Below, piece after piece: positions 62,776 through 64,000 of a stretch of 64,000 nucleotides of DNA (positions are counted from its first letter, which is position 1; each line of letters begins with the position of its first letter). The position numbers were made by a program, and so were the translations under genes. Origin of the DNA: Escherichia phage slur16; the sequence record NC_028248.1. One strand, 5' to 3'. Below the pieces are notes generated by a model. It had not been told where the DNA came from, searched no databases, and saw nothing but the letters and a program-made list of their open reading frames with translations.

Positions 62776-64000
62776 TTAGTCGTGAGACTCGTTCCAAGGT
62801 CCTTGGAAACTAGAGTTAGAACGGCTTACCACAACAGTAGGACAGGATATTGCGACCCCTGTTACAGAAGACGTTGACCATGGTGTGTAGATTTCAACAA
62901 CAATATCTATGGTTTGTTCACCAAGACCCGTTATCCCTACCGCACACATGCCGTTGTTGTCGTTTCCGTACTTCTTACCTGCAAGGATTTGATGTCCGGC
63001 TATCCAAACGTTAAGCTGGGAGCTGGCAAGAGTACCATTCAGTTTAAAGAAGAATGTTACGTTCTTACCCTGACCTGAAACGTTATCTACGTATCTCCAC
63101 CTCCAACGGCAAACCCTTTGCTGGGAGTTATATACTGGAGCACAATCTCCGTAAGTCCTGTGTGCAACAATTGCACCTTCGAACTGGTTAGCGCGGATAA
63201 CAGAAGCTTCTACACGACCACGGAAGGTACCTCCGGTTGCATCTATGGTGCCTCTAAAGCTACCATTATTGGCATAAACATCCCCACGGAAGGTACCACT
63301 AGTGGCGTTAACTGCCCCTGTGAAGTTACCAGAACTGGCGTTGATGTTGCCTTTCACCCACACATCCATAAATTGGGCGTGCCCGTTCTTGTTAATATAC
63401 CAACCGTATTTATGGTACCCGTTGCCATCGTAGTTGTTTGACGAAATTTCTTGTGCAATCTTGGCAGAGGAGATCGTGCCATTCTCTATAAAAGCGTCTT
63501 TCAAGAACGCTTGGTTGTTCTTGATTGCGAAAGCAAGGGTTGCTGTTCCATTGCCAGGGTTGTATACCGCAAAATTGTTTGCGCTAACCATGAAGTAGGA
63601 TTGAACTTGGCCTCCAGACCCTTCCATCCCCAACTGAATACCTGCAACATATTTATTCCCTGCGGAGTCTACCTGTATTTTTGTGCCCCATTGAGCATTT
63701 ACTTTACCCTCTAAGTCGGTTACAGCCTTAGATGTTGTAGCTACTGCAGCCCTGATCTCAGACACATCCCCAACATCATCAATGATCTCCTGCTTAGCAA
63801 CAGCAAGTTCTTGACGAATAGCTGACGCTGTGCCGTTGATAAGGTCCACAGTGGCTTTATTGGTATCGGAAATTGTAGCATCCAGCGCTGTTTTTGTGGA
63901 GGTCAGTTTTCCATCCAAAGCATCAATCGCTTGCTTGTTGGTAGAAATCTCCCCACGTGCAGAAGTTATCTGCTCTGACAGTGCAGATGTTTTCTGATTC
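62776..64000 (-). CDS. tail fibre-like protein, 5-prime partial (runs off the window edge)
   Basis: Reading frame stays open from 63918 to position 64000; track start is a TTG; coiled-coil N-terminal region then beta-rich C-terminus. Confidence 0.5.
   Translation of the reverse strand, partial: NQKTSALSEQITSARGEISTNKQAIDALDGKLTSTKTALDATISDTNKATVDLINGTASAIRQELAVAKQEIIDDVGDVSEIRAAVATTSKAVTDLEGKVNAQWGTKIQVDSAGNKYVAGIQLGMEGSGGQVQSYFMVSANNFAVYNPGNGTATLAFAIKNNQAFLKDAFIENGTISSAKIAQEISSNNYDGNGYHKYGWYINKNGHAQFMDVWVKGNINASSGNFTGAVNATSGTFRGDVYANNGSFRGTIDATGGTFRGRVEASVIRANQFEGAIVAHRTYGDCAPVYNSQQRVCRWRWRYVDNVSGQGKNVTFFFKLNGTLASSQLNVWIAGHQILAGKKYGNDNNGMCAVGITGLGEQTIDIVVEIYTPWSTSSVTGVAISCPTVVVSRSNSSFQGPWNESHD

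Overview
This window looks like part of a large virulent tailed dsDNA phage genome; every call below is from reading the sequence and ORF track by eye, with no database search run. Layout: three small + strand genes (1-684); a 2.5 kb repeat-rich noncoding region (685-3231); a long array of small minus-strand early genes (3.2-22.8 kb), many with sigma70-like promoters (TTGACA-N16/17-TAnnnT) and a GC-rich hairpin before the ribosome-binding site, interrupted by a second 1.2 kb noncoding hub (13.0-14.2 kb); a minus-strand replication module (22.8-38.1 kb: family A DNA polymerase, primase-helicase, two DNA methyltransferases, Dda/PIF1-like helicase, rIIA-like GHKL ATPase, SleB-like cell wall hydrolase, MoxR-like ATPase); a divergent + strand module (40.7-47.5 kb) including a VWA/HExxH protein; and a minus-strand tail fibre/baseplate module (47.6-64.0 kb) with a 1878-aa fibre and two paralogous fibre genes, the last gene running off the window edge. 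No tRNA, rRNA or CRISPR array was seen. Best candidates for undescribed biology: the split MoxR / VWA-metallopeptidase module, the two noncoding hubs sharing dispersed exact motifs, a 45-bp hairpin element repeated after stop codons, and a macro-domain protein.
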